Source: the human T2T-CHM13v2.0 reference genome, Homo sapiens. From it: DNA of 64,000 nucleotides. The notes under the pieces are model-generated. The model searched no databases. It saw nothing but the letters and a program-made list of their open reading frames with translations, and was not told the DNA's origin. Where the stretch lies: the NCBI RefSeq assembly GCF_009914755.1, contig NC_060930.1, one strand, 5' to 3'. The translations under genes and the position numbers were made by a program. Within the stretch, counting starts at the first letter, position 1. Each line of letters starts with the position of its first letter. Of the stretch, positions 22,790 through 36,100 are shown piece after piece.

Positions 22790-25700
22790 CTACGGCGGAA
22801 AAAGAAACATCTTCCTATAAAAACTAGACAGAATACTTCTCAGAATCTGCTTTGCGATGTGTGCGTTCAACTCACAGAGTAAAACTTTTCTTTTGATAGA
22901 GCAGTTTTGAAACACTCTTTTTGTAGTATTTGCATGTGTATATTTAGAGCGCATTGAAGCCCACAGTAGAAAAGGAAATAACTTCACCTAAAACCTAGAC
23001 AGAAGCAATCTCAGAAACTACTTTTTGATGTGTACATTCAACTCACAGAGTGGAACTTTCCTCTTTATAGAGCAGTGTTGAAACACTCTTTTTGTAGAAA
23101 CTGCAAGTGGATATTTGGACCTCTTTGAGGCCTTCGTTGGAAACGGGATTTCTTCCTATAACCCTAGACAGAAGAATTTTCAGAAACCTCATTGTGATGT
23201 GTGCGTTCATCTCACAGAGTGGAGTCTTCCGTTTGATAGAGAAGTTTTGAAACCCTGTTCTTGTAGGATTTCCAAGTGGATATTTAGACCACTTTGAAGC
23301 CTATGATAGAAAAGGAAACATCTTCATGGAAAACATAGATAGAATCATTCTCAGAAACAACTTTGTGATGTGTGCGTTGAACTCAACGTCTTTAACCTTT
23401 CTTTTGGTAGAGAAGTTTTGAAACACTCTCTTTGTAAAGTCTACAAGTGGATATTTTGAGCCCTTGGAGGCATTCTTTGGAAAAGGGAATGTCTTCACAT
23501 AAAAGGCAGACGGAAGTGTTCTCAGAAACTGCTTTGTGATGTCTGTGTTCAACTCACAGAGTTTAACATTTCCTTTGATAGAGCGGTTTAGTAACCCTCT
23601 CTTTGTAGAATTTGGAAGTGTATACTAAGAGCGCTTTGAGGCCTATGGTAGAAAAGGAAATATCTTTCCATAAAAGCTAGACAGAAGCAATCTCAGAAAC
23701 TCCTTTGTGATGTCTGCATTCAACTCACCGAGTGGAACATTCCTCTTGATAGAGCAGTTTGGAAACACTCTTTCTGTAGAATCAGCTTGTTTGTATTTGG
23801 ACCTCCTTGAGGCCTTCGTTGGAAACGGGTTTTCATCTTATAAACCCAGACAGAAGAATTCTCAGAGTCTTCTTTGTGATGTGTGCTTTCAACTCACCGA
23901 GATAAAGATTTCTCTTGATAGAGCAATTTGGAAACACTCTTTTTGTAGAATTTGCAAGGGTACATTGAGAGCGCTTTGAGGCCTATGGTAGAAAAGGGAA
24001 TATCTTTCCATAAAAGGTAGACAGAAGCAATCTCAGAAACTACTTTGTGATGTGTGCATTCAACTCACCGAGTGCAACGTTCCTCTTGACCGAGCAGTTT
24101 GGAAACATTGTTTCTGTAGAATCTGCAAGTGGATATTTGGACCTCTTTGAGGCCTTCGTTGGAAACGGGATTTCTTCCTATAAACCCAGACAGAAGAATT
24201 CTCAGAGACTTCTTTGTGATGTGTGAATTCAACTCACAGTGTGGATCCTTCCTTTTGATAGAGCAGTTTTGAAACCCTGTTTTTGTAGTATTTCCAAGCG
24301 GATATTTGGAACGCCTTGAAGCGTATGGTAGAAAAGGAAATATCTTCCCATAAAACCTAGACAGAACCAATCTCAGAAACGACTTTGTGATGTCTGCATT
24401 CAAGTCACAGAGTTGAACATTTCTCTTGATAGAGCAGTTTTGAAACCCTCTTTCTGAAGGATCTGCAAGTGGATATTTGGAACTCCTTTGGGTCTTCGTT
24501 GGAAATGGGATTTCTTCGTATAAATCTAGACAGAAGAATTCTCAGAAACTTCCTTGTGATGTGTGCATTCAACTCAGCGAGTGGCACCTTCCTTTGGATA
24601 CAGCAGTTTTGAAACACTGTTTTTGTAGTATTTCCAAGCGGATATTTAGAGCGCCTTGAAGCCTATGCTAGAAATGGAAATATCTCCCCATAAAACCAAG
24701 ACGGAAGCAATCTCAGAAACTAATGTGTGATGGCTGCATTCCACACACACGGTGGACCATTTCTCTTGATAGAGCAGTTTTGAAACACTCTTTCTGTAGA
24801 ATCTGCAAGTGGATAATTGGACCTCCTAGAGGCCTTCGTTGGAAACGGGATTTCTTCATCTAAACCTACAGAGAAGTATTCTCAGTAACTTCTTCGGATG
24901 TGTGCATTCGACGCACAGAATGGAACATTCCCTTTGATAGAGCAGTTTTGAGACACCGTTTTTGTAGAATTCCCAAGTGGATATTTAGAGCACTTTGAAG
25001 TCTCTGCTAGAAAAGGAAACATCTTCATGTAAAAAGTAGATAGAATCGTTCTCAGAAAGTGCTTAGTGTCGTGTGCGTTCAACTCACAGAGTTTAACGTT
25101 TCTTTTGATAGAGCGTTTCTGAAACACCCTTCTTGTAGTAGCTGCAAGTGGATATTTGGACCTATTGGAGGCCTTCTTTGGAAATGGGATTTCTTCATGT
25201 AACTCTAGAGTGAAGAATTCTCAGAAACTCCTTTGTGATGTGTGCCTTCAATTCAAAGAGTGAAACCTCTCTTTTCACAGAGCAGTTTTGAAACACTGTT
25301 TTTGTAGGATTTCCAAGGGGATATTTATAGCGCATTGAGCCTACGGCGGAAAAAGAAACATCTTCCTATAAAAACTAGACAGAATACTTCTCAGAATCTG
25401 CTTTGCGATGTGTGCGTTCAACTCACAGAGTAAAACTTTTCTTTTGATAGAGCAGTTTTGAAACACTCTTTTTGTAGTATTTGCATGTGTATATTTAGAG
25501 CGCATTGAAGCCCACAGTAGAAAAGGAAATAACTTCACCTAAAACCTAGACAGAAGCAATCACAGAAACTACTTTGTGATGTGTACATTCAACTCACAGA
25601 GTGGAACTTTCCTCTTTATAGAGCAGTGTTGAAACACTCTTTTTGTAGAAACTGCAAGTGGATATTTGGACCTCTTTGAGGCCTTCGTTGGAAACGGGAT

Positions 25701-27891
25701 TTCTTCCTATAACCCTAGACAGAAGAATTTTCAGAAACCTCATTGTGATGTGTGCGTTCATCTCACAGAGTGGAGTCTTCCGTTTGATAGAGAAGTTTTG
25801 AAACCCTGTTCTTGTAGGATTTCCAAGTGGATATTTAGACCACTTTGAAGCCTATGATAGAAAAGGAAACATCTTCATGGAAAACATAGATAGAATCATC
25901 CTCAGAAACAACTTTGTGATGTGTGCGTTGAACTCACCGTCTTTAACCTTTCTTTTGGTAGAGAAGTTTTGAAACACTCTCTTTGTAAAGTCTACAAGTG
26001 GATATTTTGAGCCCTTGGAGGCATTCTTTGGAAAAGGGAATGTCTTCACATAAAAGGCAGACGGAAGTGTTCTCAGAAACTGCTTTGTGATGTCTGTGTT
26101 CAACTCACAGAGTTTAACATTTCCTTTGATAGAGCGGTTTAGTAACCCTCTCTTTGTAGAATTTGGAAGTGTATACTAAGAGCGCTTTGAGGCCTATGGT
26201 AGAAAAGGAAATATCTTTCCATAAAAGCTAGACAGAAGCAATCTCAGAAACTCCTCTGTGATGTCTGCATTCAACTCACCGAGTGGAACATTCCTCTTGA
26301 GAGAGCAGTTTGGAAACACTCTTTCTGTAGAATCAGCTTGTTTGTATTTGGACCTCCTTGAGGCCTTCGTTGGAAACGGGTTTTCATCTTATAAACCCAG
26401 ACAGAAGAATTCTCAGAGTCTTCTTTGTGATGTGTGCTTTCAACTCACCGAGATAAAGATTTCTCTTGATAGAGCAATTTGGAAACACTCTTTTTGTAGA
26501 ATTTGCAAGGGTACATTGAGAGCGCTTTCAGGCCTATGGTAGAAAAGGGAATATCTTTCCATAAAAGGTAGACAGAAGCAATCTCAGAAACTACTTTGTG
26601 ATGTGTGCATTCAACTCACCGAGTGCAACGTTCCTCTTGACCGAGCAGTTTGGAAACATTGTTTCTGTAGAATCTGCAAGTGGATATTTGGACCTCTTTG
26701 AGGCCTTCGTTGGAAACGGGATTTCTTCCTATAAACCCAGACAGAAGAATTCTCAGAGACTTCTTTGTGATGTGTGAATTCAACTCACAGTGTGGATCCT
26801 TCCTTTTGATAGAGCAGTTTTGAAACCCTGTTTTTGTAGTATTTCCAAGCGGATATTTGGAACGCCTTGAAGCGTATGGTAGAAAAGGAAATATCTTCCC
26901 ATAAAACCTAGACAGAACCAATCTCAGAAACGACTTTGTGATGTCTGCATTCAAGTCACAGAGTTGAACATTTCTCTTGATAGAGCAGTTTTGAAACCCT
27001 CTTTCTGAAGGATCTGCAAGTGGATATTTGGAACTCCTTTGGGTCTTCGTTGGAAACGGGATTTCTTCGTATAAATCTAGACAGAAGAATTCTCAGAAAC
27101 TTCCTTGTGATGAGTGCATTCAACTCAGCGAGTGGCACCTTCCTTTGGATACAGCAGTTTTGAAACACTGTTTTTGTAGTATTTCCAAGCGGATATTTAG
27201 AGCGCCTTGAAGCCTATGCTAGAAATGGAAATATCTCCCCATAAAACCAAGACGGAAGCAATCTCAGAAACTAATGTGTGATGGCTGCATTCCACACACA
27301 CGGTGGACCATTTCTCTTGATAGAGCAGTTTTGAAACACTCTTTCTGTAGAATCTGCAAGTGGATAATTGGACCTCCTAGAGGCCTTCGTTGGAAACGGG
27401 ATTTCTTCATCTAAACCTACAGAGAAGTATTCTCAGTAACTTCTTCGGATGTGTGCATTCGACGCACAGAATGGAACATTCCCTTTGATAGAGCAGTTTT
27501 GAGACACCGTTTTTGTAGAATTCCCAAGTGGATATTTAGAGCACTTTGAAGTCTCTGCTAGAAAAGGAAACATCTTCATGTAAAAAGTAGATAGAATCGT
27601 TCTCAGAAAGTGCTTAGTGTCGTGTGCGTTCAACTCACAGAGTTTAACGTTTCTTTTGATAGAGCGTTTCTGAAACACCCTTCTTGTAGTAGCTGCAAGT
27701 GGATATTTGGACCTATTGGAGGCCTTCTTTGGAAATGGGATTTCTTCATGTAACTCTAGATTGAAGAATTCTCAGAAACTCCTTTGTGATGTGTGCATTC
27801 AATTCAAAGAGTGAAACCTCTCTTTTCACAGAGCAGTTTTGAAACACTGTTTTTGTAGGATTTCCAAGGGGATATTTATAGCGCATTGAGC
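22790..27891 (+). repeat. Two 15-mer HORs (U9-U10)
   Basis: Anchor at 22790, 25341, 27892. Confidence 0.95.
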
Positions 27892-30611
27892 CTACGGCGG
27901 AAAAAGAAACATCTTCCTATAAAAACTAGACAGAATACTTCTCAGAATCTGCTTTGCGATGTGTGCGTTCAACTCACAGAGTAAAACTTTTCTTTTGATA
28001 GAGCAGTTTTGAAACACTCTTTTTGTAGTATTTGCATGTGTATATTTAGAGCGCATTGAAGCCCACAGTAGAAAAGGAAATAACTTCACCTAAAACCTAG
28101 ACAGAAGCAATCTCAGAAACTACTTTGTGATGTGTACATTCAACTCACAGAGTGGAACTTTCCTCTTTATAGAGCAGTGTTGAAACACTCTTTTTGTAGA
28201 AACTGCAAGTGGATATTTGGACCTCTTTGAGGCCTTCGTTGGAAACGGGATTTCTTCCTATAACCCTAGACAGAAGAATTTTCAGAAACCTCATTGTGAT
28301 GTGTGCGTTCATCTCACAGAGTGGAGTCTTCCGTTTGATAGAGAAGTTTTGAAACCCTGTTCTTGTAGGATTTCCAAGTGGATATTTAGACCACTTTGAA
28401 GCCTATGATAGAAAAGGAAACATCTTCATGGAAAACATAGATAGAATCATCCTCAGAAACAACTTTGTGATGTGTGCGTTGAACTCACCGTCTTTAACCT
28501 TTCTTTTGGTAGAGAAGTTTTGAAACACTCTCTTTGTAAAGTCTACAAGTGGATATTTTGAGCCCTTGGAGGCATTCTTTGGAAAAGGGAATGTCTTCAC
28601 ATAAAAGGCAGACGGAAGTGTTCTCAGAAACTGCTTTGTGATGTCTGTGTTCAACTCACAGAGTTTAACATTTCCTTTGATAGAGCGGTTTAGTAACCCT
28701 CTCTTTGTAGAATTTGGAAGTGTATACTAAGAGCGCTTTGAGGCCTATGGTAGAAAAGGAAATATCTTTCCATAAAAGCTAGACAGAAGCAATCTCAGAA
28801 ACTCCTCTGTGATGTCTGCATTCAACTCACCGAGTGGAACATTCCTCTTGAGAGAGCAGTTTGGAAACACTCTTTCTGTAGAATCAGCTTGTTTGTATTT
28901 GGACCTCCTTGAGGCCTTCGTTGGAAACGGGTTTTCATCTTATAAACCCAGACAGAAGAATTCTCAGAGTCTTCTTTGTGATGTGTGCTTTCAACTCACC
29001 GAGATAAAGATTTCTCTTGATAGAGCAATTTGGAAACACTCTTTTTGTAGAATTTGCAAGGGTACATTGAGAGCGCTTTCAGGCCTATGGTAGAAAAGGG
29101 AATATCTTTCCATAAAAGGTAGACAGAAGCAATCTCAGAAACTACTTTGTGATGTGTGCATTCAACTCACCGAGTGCAACGTTCCTCTTGACCGAGCAGT
29201 TTGGAAACATTGTTTCTGTAGAATCTGCAAGTGGATATTTGGACCTCTTTGAGGCCTTCGTTGGAAACGGGATTTCTTCCTATAAACCCAGACAGAAGAA
29301 TTCTCAGAGACTTCTTTGTGATGTGTGAATTCAACTCACAGTGTGGATCCTTCCTTTTGATAGAGCAGTTTTGAAACCCTGTTTTTGTAGTATTTCCAAG
29401 CGGATATTTGGAACGCCTTGAAGCGTATGGTAGAAAAGGAAATATCTTCCCATAAAACCTAGACAGAACCAATCTCAGAAACGACTTTGTGATGTCTGCA
29501 TTCAAGTCACAGAGTTGAACATTTCTCTTGATAGAGCAGTTTTGAAACACTCTTTCTGTAGAATCTGCAAGTGGATAATTGGACCGCCTTGAGGCCTTCG
29601 TTGGAAACGGGATTTCTTCATGTTACTCTAGATAGAAGAATTCTCAAACACTGCTATGTGATGTTTGCATTCAAGTCACAGAGTGCAACATTCCTCTTGG
29701 TAGAGCAGTTGGGAAACACTCCTTTTGTAGAATCTGCAATGGGATATTTGGACTTCTTTGAGGCCTTCGTTGGAAACGGGATTTCTTCGTATGAATCTAG
29801 ACAGAAGAATTCTCAGAAACTTCCTTGTGATGTGTGCATTCAACTCAGTGAGTGGCACCTTCCTTTGGATACAGCAGTTTTGAAACACTGTTTTTGTAGT
29901 ATTTCCAAGCGGATATTTAGAGCGCCTTGAAGCCTATGCTAGAAATGGAAATATCTCCCCATAAAACCAAGACGGAAGCAATCTCAGAAACTAATGTGTG
30001 ATGGCTGCATTCCACACACACGGTGGACCATTTCTCTTGATAGAGCAGTTTTGAAACACTCTTTCTGTAGAATCTGCAAGTGGATAATTGGACCTCCTAG
30101 AGGCCTTCGTTGGAAACGGGATTTCTTCATCTAAACCTACAGAGAAGTATTCTCAGTAACTTCTTTGGATGTGTGCATTCGACTCACAGAATGGAACATT
30201 CCCTTTGATAGAGCAGTTTTGAGACACCGTTTTTGTAGAATTCCCAAGTGGATATTTAGAGCACTTTGAAGTCTCTGCTAGAAAAGGAAACATCTTCATG
30301 TAAAAAGTAGATAGAATCGTTCTCAGAAAGTGCTTAGTGACGTGTGCGTTCAACTCACAGAGTTTAACGTTTCTTTTGATAGAGCGTTTCTGAAACACCC
30401 TTCTTGTAGTAGCTGCAAGTGGATATTTGGACCTATTGGAGGCCTTCTTTGGAAATGGGATTTCTTCATGTAACTCTAGATTGAAGAGTTCTCAGAAACT
30501 CCTTTGTGATGTGTGCATTCAATTCAAAGAGTGAAACCTCCCTTTTCACAGAGCAGTTTTGAAACACTGTTTTTGTAGGATTTCCAAGGGGATATTTATA
30601 GCGCATTGAGC
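27892..30611 (+). repeat. Single 16-mer HOR structural variant (U11, 2,720 bp)
   Basis: Spacing 2,720 = 3,057 - 337 (two monomers). Hybrid monomer junction at 29517-29548. Confidence 0.93.
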
Positions 30612-33162
30612 CTACGGCGGAAAAAGAAACATCTTCCTATAAAAACTAGACAGAATACTTCTCAGAATCTGCTTTGCGATGTGTGCGTTCAACTCACAGA
30701 GTAAAACTTTTCTTTTGATAGAGCAGTTTTGAAACACTCTTTTTGTAGTATTTGCATGTGTATATTTAGAGCGCATTGAAGCCCACAGTAGAAAAGGAAG
30801 TAACTTCACCTAAAACCTAGACAGAAGCAATCACAGAAACTACTTTGTGATGTGTACATTCAACTCACAGAGTGGAACTTTCCTCTTTATAGAGCAGTGT
30901 TGAAACACTCTTTTTGTAGAAACTGCAAGTGGATATTTGGACCTCTTTGAGGCCTTCGTTGGAAACGGGATTTCTTCCTATAACCCTAGACAGAAGAATT
31001 TTCAGAAACCTCATTGTGATGTGTGCGTTCATCTCACAGAGTGGAGTCTTCCGTTTGATAGAGAAGTTTTGAAACCCTGTTCTTGTAGGATTTCCAAGTG
31101 GATATTTAGACCACTTTGAAGCCTATGATAGAAAAGGAAACATCTTCATGGAAAACATAGATAGAATCATCCTCAGAAACAACTTTGTGATGTGTGCGTT
31201 GAACTCACCGTCTTTAACCTTTCTTTTGGTAGAGAAGTTTTGAAACACTCTCTTTGTAAAGTCTACAAGTGGATATTTTGAGCCCTTGGAGGCATTCTTT
31301 GGAAAAGGGAATGTCTTCACATAAAAGGCAGACGGAAGTGTTCTCAGAAACTGCTTTGTGATGTCTGTGTTCAACTCACAGAGTTTAACATTTCCTTTGA
31401 TAGAGCGGTTTAGTAACCCTCTCTTTGTAGAATTTGGAAGTGTATACTAAGAGCGCTTTGAGGCCTATGGTAGAAAAGGAAATATCTTTCCATAAAAGCT
31501 AGACAGAAGCAATCTCAGAAACTCCTCTGTGATGTCTGCATTCAACTCACCGAGTGGAACATTCCTCTTGATAGAGCAGTTTGGAAACACTCTTTCTGTA
31601 GAATCAGCTTGTTTGTATTTGGACCTCCTTGAGGCCTTCGTTGGAAACGGGTTTTCATCTTATAAACCCAGACAGAAGAATTCTCAGAGTCTTCTTTGTG
31701 ATGTGTGCTTTCAACTCACCGAGATAAAGATTTCTCTTGATAGAGCAATTTGGAAACACTCTTTTTGTAGAATTTGCAAGGGTACATTGAGAGCGCTTTC
31801 AGGCCTATGGTAGAAAAGGGAATATCTTTCCATAAAAGGTAGACAGAAGCAATCTCAGAAACTACTTTGTGATGTGTGCATTCAACTCACCGAGTGCAAC
31901 GTTCCTCTTGACCGAGCAGTTTGGAAACATTGTTTCTGTAGAATCTGCAAGTGGATATTTGGACCTCTTTGAGGCCTTCGTTGGAAACGGGATTTCTTCC
32001 TATAAACCCAGACAGAAGAATTCTCAGAGACTTCTTTGTGATGTGTGAATTCAACTCACAGTGTGGATCCTTCCTTTTGATAGAGCAGTTTTGAAACCCT
32101 GTTTTTGTAGTATTTCCAAGCGGATATTTGGAACGCCTTGAAGCGTATGGTAGAAAAGGAAATATCTTCCCATTAAACCTAGACAGAACCAATCTCAGAA
32201 ACGACTTTGTGATGTCTGCATTCAAGTCACAGAGTTGAACATTTCTCTTGATAGAGCAGTTTTGAAACCCTCTTTCTGAAGGATCTGCAAGTGGATATTT
32301 GGAACTCCTTTGGGTCTTCGTTGGAAACGGGATTTCTTCGTATAAATCTAGACAGAAGAATTCTCAGAAACTTCCTTGTGATGTGTGCATTCAACTCAGC
32401 GAGTGGCACCTTCCTTTGGATACAGCAGTTTTGAAACACTGTTTTTGTAGTATTTCCAAGCGGATATTTAGAGCGCCTTGAAGCCTATGCTAGAAATGGA
32501 AATATCTCCCCATAAAACCAAGACGGAAGCAATCTCAGAAACTAATGTGTGATGGCTGCATTCCACACACACGGTGGACCATTTCTCTTGATAGAGCAGT
32601 TTTGAAACACTCTTTCTGTAGAATCTGCAAGTGGATAATTGGACCTCCTAGAGGCCTTCGTTGGAAACGGGATTTCTTCATCTAAACCTACAGAGAAGTA
32701 TTCTCAGTAACTTCTTCGGATGTGTGCATTCGACGCACAGAATGGAACATTCCCTTTGATAGAGCAGTTTTGAGACACCGTTTTTGTAGAATTCCCAAGT
32801 GGATATTTAGAGCACTTTGAAGTCTCTGCTAGAAAAGGAAACATCTTCATGTAAAAAGTAGATAGAATCGTTCTCAGAAAGTGCTTAGTGTCGTGTGCGT
32901 TCAACTCACAGAGTTTAACGTTTCTTTTGATAGAGCGTTTCTGAAACACCCTTCTTGTAGTAGCTGCAAGTGGATATTTGGACCTATTGGAGGCCTTCTT
33001 TGGAAATGGGATTTCTTCATGTAACTCTAGATTGAAGAATTCTCAGAAACTCCTTTGTGATGTGTGCATTCAATTCAAAGAGTGAAACCTCTCTTTTCAC
33101 AGAGCAGTTTTGAAACACTGTTTTTGTAGGATTTCCAAGGGGATATTTATAGCGCATTGAGC
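30612..33162 (+). repeat. 15-mer HOR (U12)
   Basis: Spacing 2,551. Confidence 0.95.
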
Positions 33163-36100
33163 CTACGGTGGAAAAAGAAACATCTTCCTATAAAAACTAG
33201 ACAGAATACTTCTCAGAATCTGCTTTGCGATGTGTGCGTTCAACTCACAGAGTAAAACTTTTCTTTTGATAGAGCAGTTTTGAAACACTCTTTTTGTAGT
33301 ATTTGCATGTGTATATTTAGAGCGCATTGAAGCCCACAGTAGAAAAGGAAATAACTTCACCTAAAACCTAGACAGAAGCAATCTCAGAAACTACTTTGTG
33401 ATGTGTACATTCAACTCACAGAGTGGAACTTTCCTCTTTATAGAGCAGTGTTGAAACACTCTTTTTGTAGAAACTGCAAGTGGATATTTGGACCTCTTTG
33501 AGGCCTTCGTTGGAAACGGGATTTCTTCCTATAACCCTAGACAGAAGAATTTTCAGAAACCTCATTGTGATGTGTGCGTTCATCTCACAGAGTGGAGTCT
33601 TCCGTTTGATAGAGAAGTTTTGAAACCCTGTTCTTGTAGGATTTCCAAGTGGATATTTAGACCACTTTGAAGCCTATGATAGAAAAGGAAACATCTTCAT
33701 GGAAAACATAGATAGAATCATCCTCAGAAACAACTTTGTGATGTGTGCGTTGAACTCACCGTCTTTAACCTTTCTTTTGGTAGAGAAGTTTTGAAACACT
33801 CTCTTTGTAAAGTCTACAAGTGGATATTTTGAGCCCTTGGAGGCATTCTTTGGAAAAGGGAATGTCTTCACATAAAAGGCAGACGGAAGTGTTCTCAGAA
33901 ACTGCTTTGTGATGTCTGTGTTCAACTCACAGAGTTTAACATTTCCTTTGATAGAGCGGTTTAGTAACCCTCTCTTTGTAGAATTTGGAAGTGTATACTA
34001 AGAGCGCTTTGAGGCCTATGGTAGAAAAGGAAATATCTTTCCATAAAAGCTAGACAGAAGCAATCTCAGAAACTCCTCTGTGATGTCTGCATTCAACTCA
34101 CCGAGTGGAACATTCCTCTTGATAGAGCAGTTTGGAAACACTCTTTCTGTAGAATCAGCTTGTTTGTATTTGGACCTCCTTGAGGCCTTCGTTGGAAACG
34201 GGTTTTCATCTTATAAACCCAGACAGAAGAATTCTCAGAGTCTTCTTTGTGATGTGTGCTTTCAACTCACCGAGATAAAGATTTCTCTTGATAGAGCAAT
34301 TTGGAAACACTCTTTTTGTAGAATTTGCAAGGGTACATTGAGAGCGCTTTCAGGCCTATGGTAGAAAAGGGAATATCTTTCCATAAAAGGTAGACAGAAG
34401 CAATCTCAGAAACTACTTTGTGATGTGTGCATTCAACTCACCGAGTGCAACGTTCCTCTTGACCGAGCAGTTTGGAAACATTGTTTCTGTAGAATCTGCA
34501 AGTGGATATTTGGACCTCTTTGAGGCCTTCGTTGGAAACGGGATTTCTTCCTATAAACCCAGACAGAAGAATTCTCAGAGACTTCTTTGTGATGTGTGAA
34601 TTCAACTCACAGTGTGGATCCTTCCTTTTGATAGAGCAGTTTTGAAACCCTGTTTTTGTAGTATTTCCAAGCGGATATTTGGAACGCCTTGAAGCGTATG
34701 GTAGAAAAGGAAATATCTTCCCATAAAACCTAGACAGAACCAATCTCAGAAACGACTTTGTGATGTCTGCATTCAACTCACAGAGTTGAACATTTCTCTT
34801 GATAGAGCAGTTTTGAAACCCTCTTTCTGAAGGATCTGCAAGTGGATATTTGGAACTCCTTTGGGTCTTCGTTGGAAACGGGATTTCTTCGTATAAATCT
34901 AGACAGAAGAATTCTCCGAAACTTCTTTGGTTGTGTGCATTCAAGTCACAGAGTGGAACCTTCCTTTGGATAGAGCAGTTTGAAACGCCGTGGTTGTAGT
35001 ATTTCCAAGCGGATATTAGAGCGCCTTGAGGCCTATGGTAGAAAAGGAAATATCTTCCCATAAAACCTAGACGGAAGCAATCTCAGAAACTACTGTGTGA
35101 TGGCTGCATTCCACACACACGGTGGAACATTTCTCTTGATAGAGCAGTTTTGAAACACTCTTTCTGTAGAATCTGCAAGTGGATAATTGGACCGCCTTGA
35201 GGCCTTCGTTGGAAACGGGATTTCTTCATGTTACTCTAGATAGAAGAATTCTCAAACACTGCTATGTGATGTTTGCATTCAAGTCACAGAGTGCAACATT
35301 CCTCTTGGTAGAGCAGTTGGGAAACACTCTTTTTGTAGAATCTGCAATGGGATATTTGGACTTCTTTGAGGCCTTCGTTGGAAACGGGATTTCTTCGTAT
35401 GAATCTAGACAGAAGAATTCTCAGAAACTTTCTTGTGATGTGTGCATTCAACTCAGCGAGTGGCACCTTCCTTTGGATACAGCAGTTTTGAAACACTGTT
35501 TTTGTAGTATTTCCAAGCGCATATTTAGAGCGCCTTGAAGCCTATGCTAGAAATGGAAATATCTCCCCATAAAACCAAGACAGAAGCAATCTCAGAAACT
35601 AATGTGTGATGGCTGCATTCCACACACACGGTGGACCATTTCTCTTGATAGAGCAGTTTTGAAACACTCTTTCTGTAGAATCTGCAAGTGGATAATTGGA
35701 CCTCCTAGAGGCCTTCGTTGGAAACGGGATTTCTTCATCTAAACCTACAGAGAAGAATTCTCAGTAACTTCTTCGGATGTGTGCATTCGACTCACAGAAT
35801 GGAACATTCCCTTTGATAGAGCAGTTTTGAGACACCGTTTTTGTAGAATTCCCAAGTGGATATTTAGAGCACTTTGAAGTCTCTGCTAGAAAAGGAAACA
35901 TCTTCATGTAAAAAGTAGATAGAATCGTTCTCAGAAAGTGCTTAGTGACGTGTGCGTTCAACTCACAGAGTTTAACGTTTCTTTTGATAGAGCGTTTCTG
36001 AAACACCCTTCTTGTAGTAGCTGCAAGTGGATATTTGGACCTATTGGAGGCCTTCTTTGGAAATGGGATTTCTTCATGTAACTCTAGATTGAAGAGTTCT

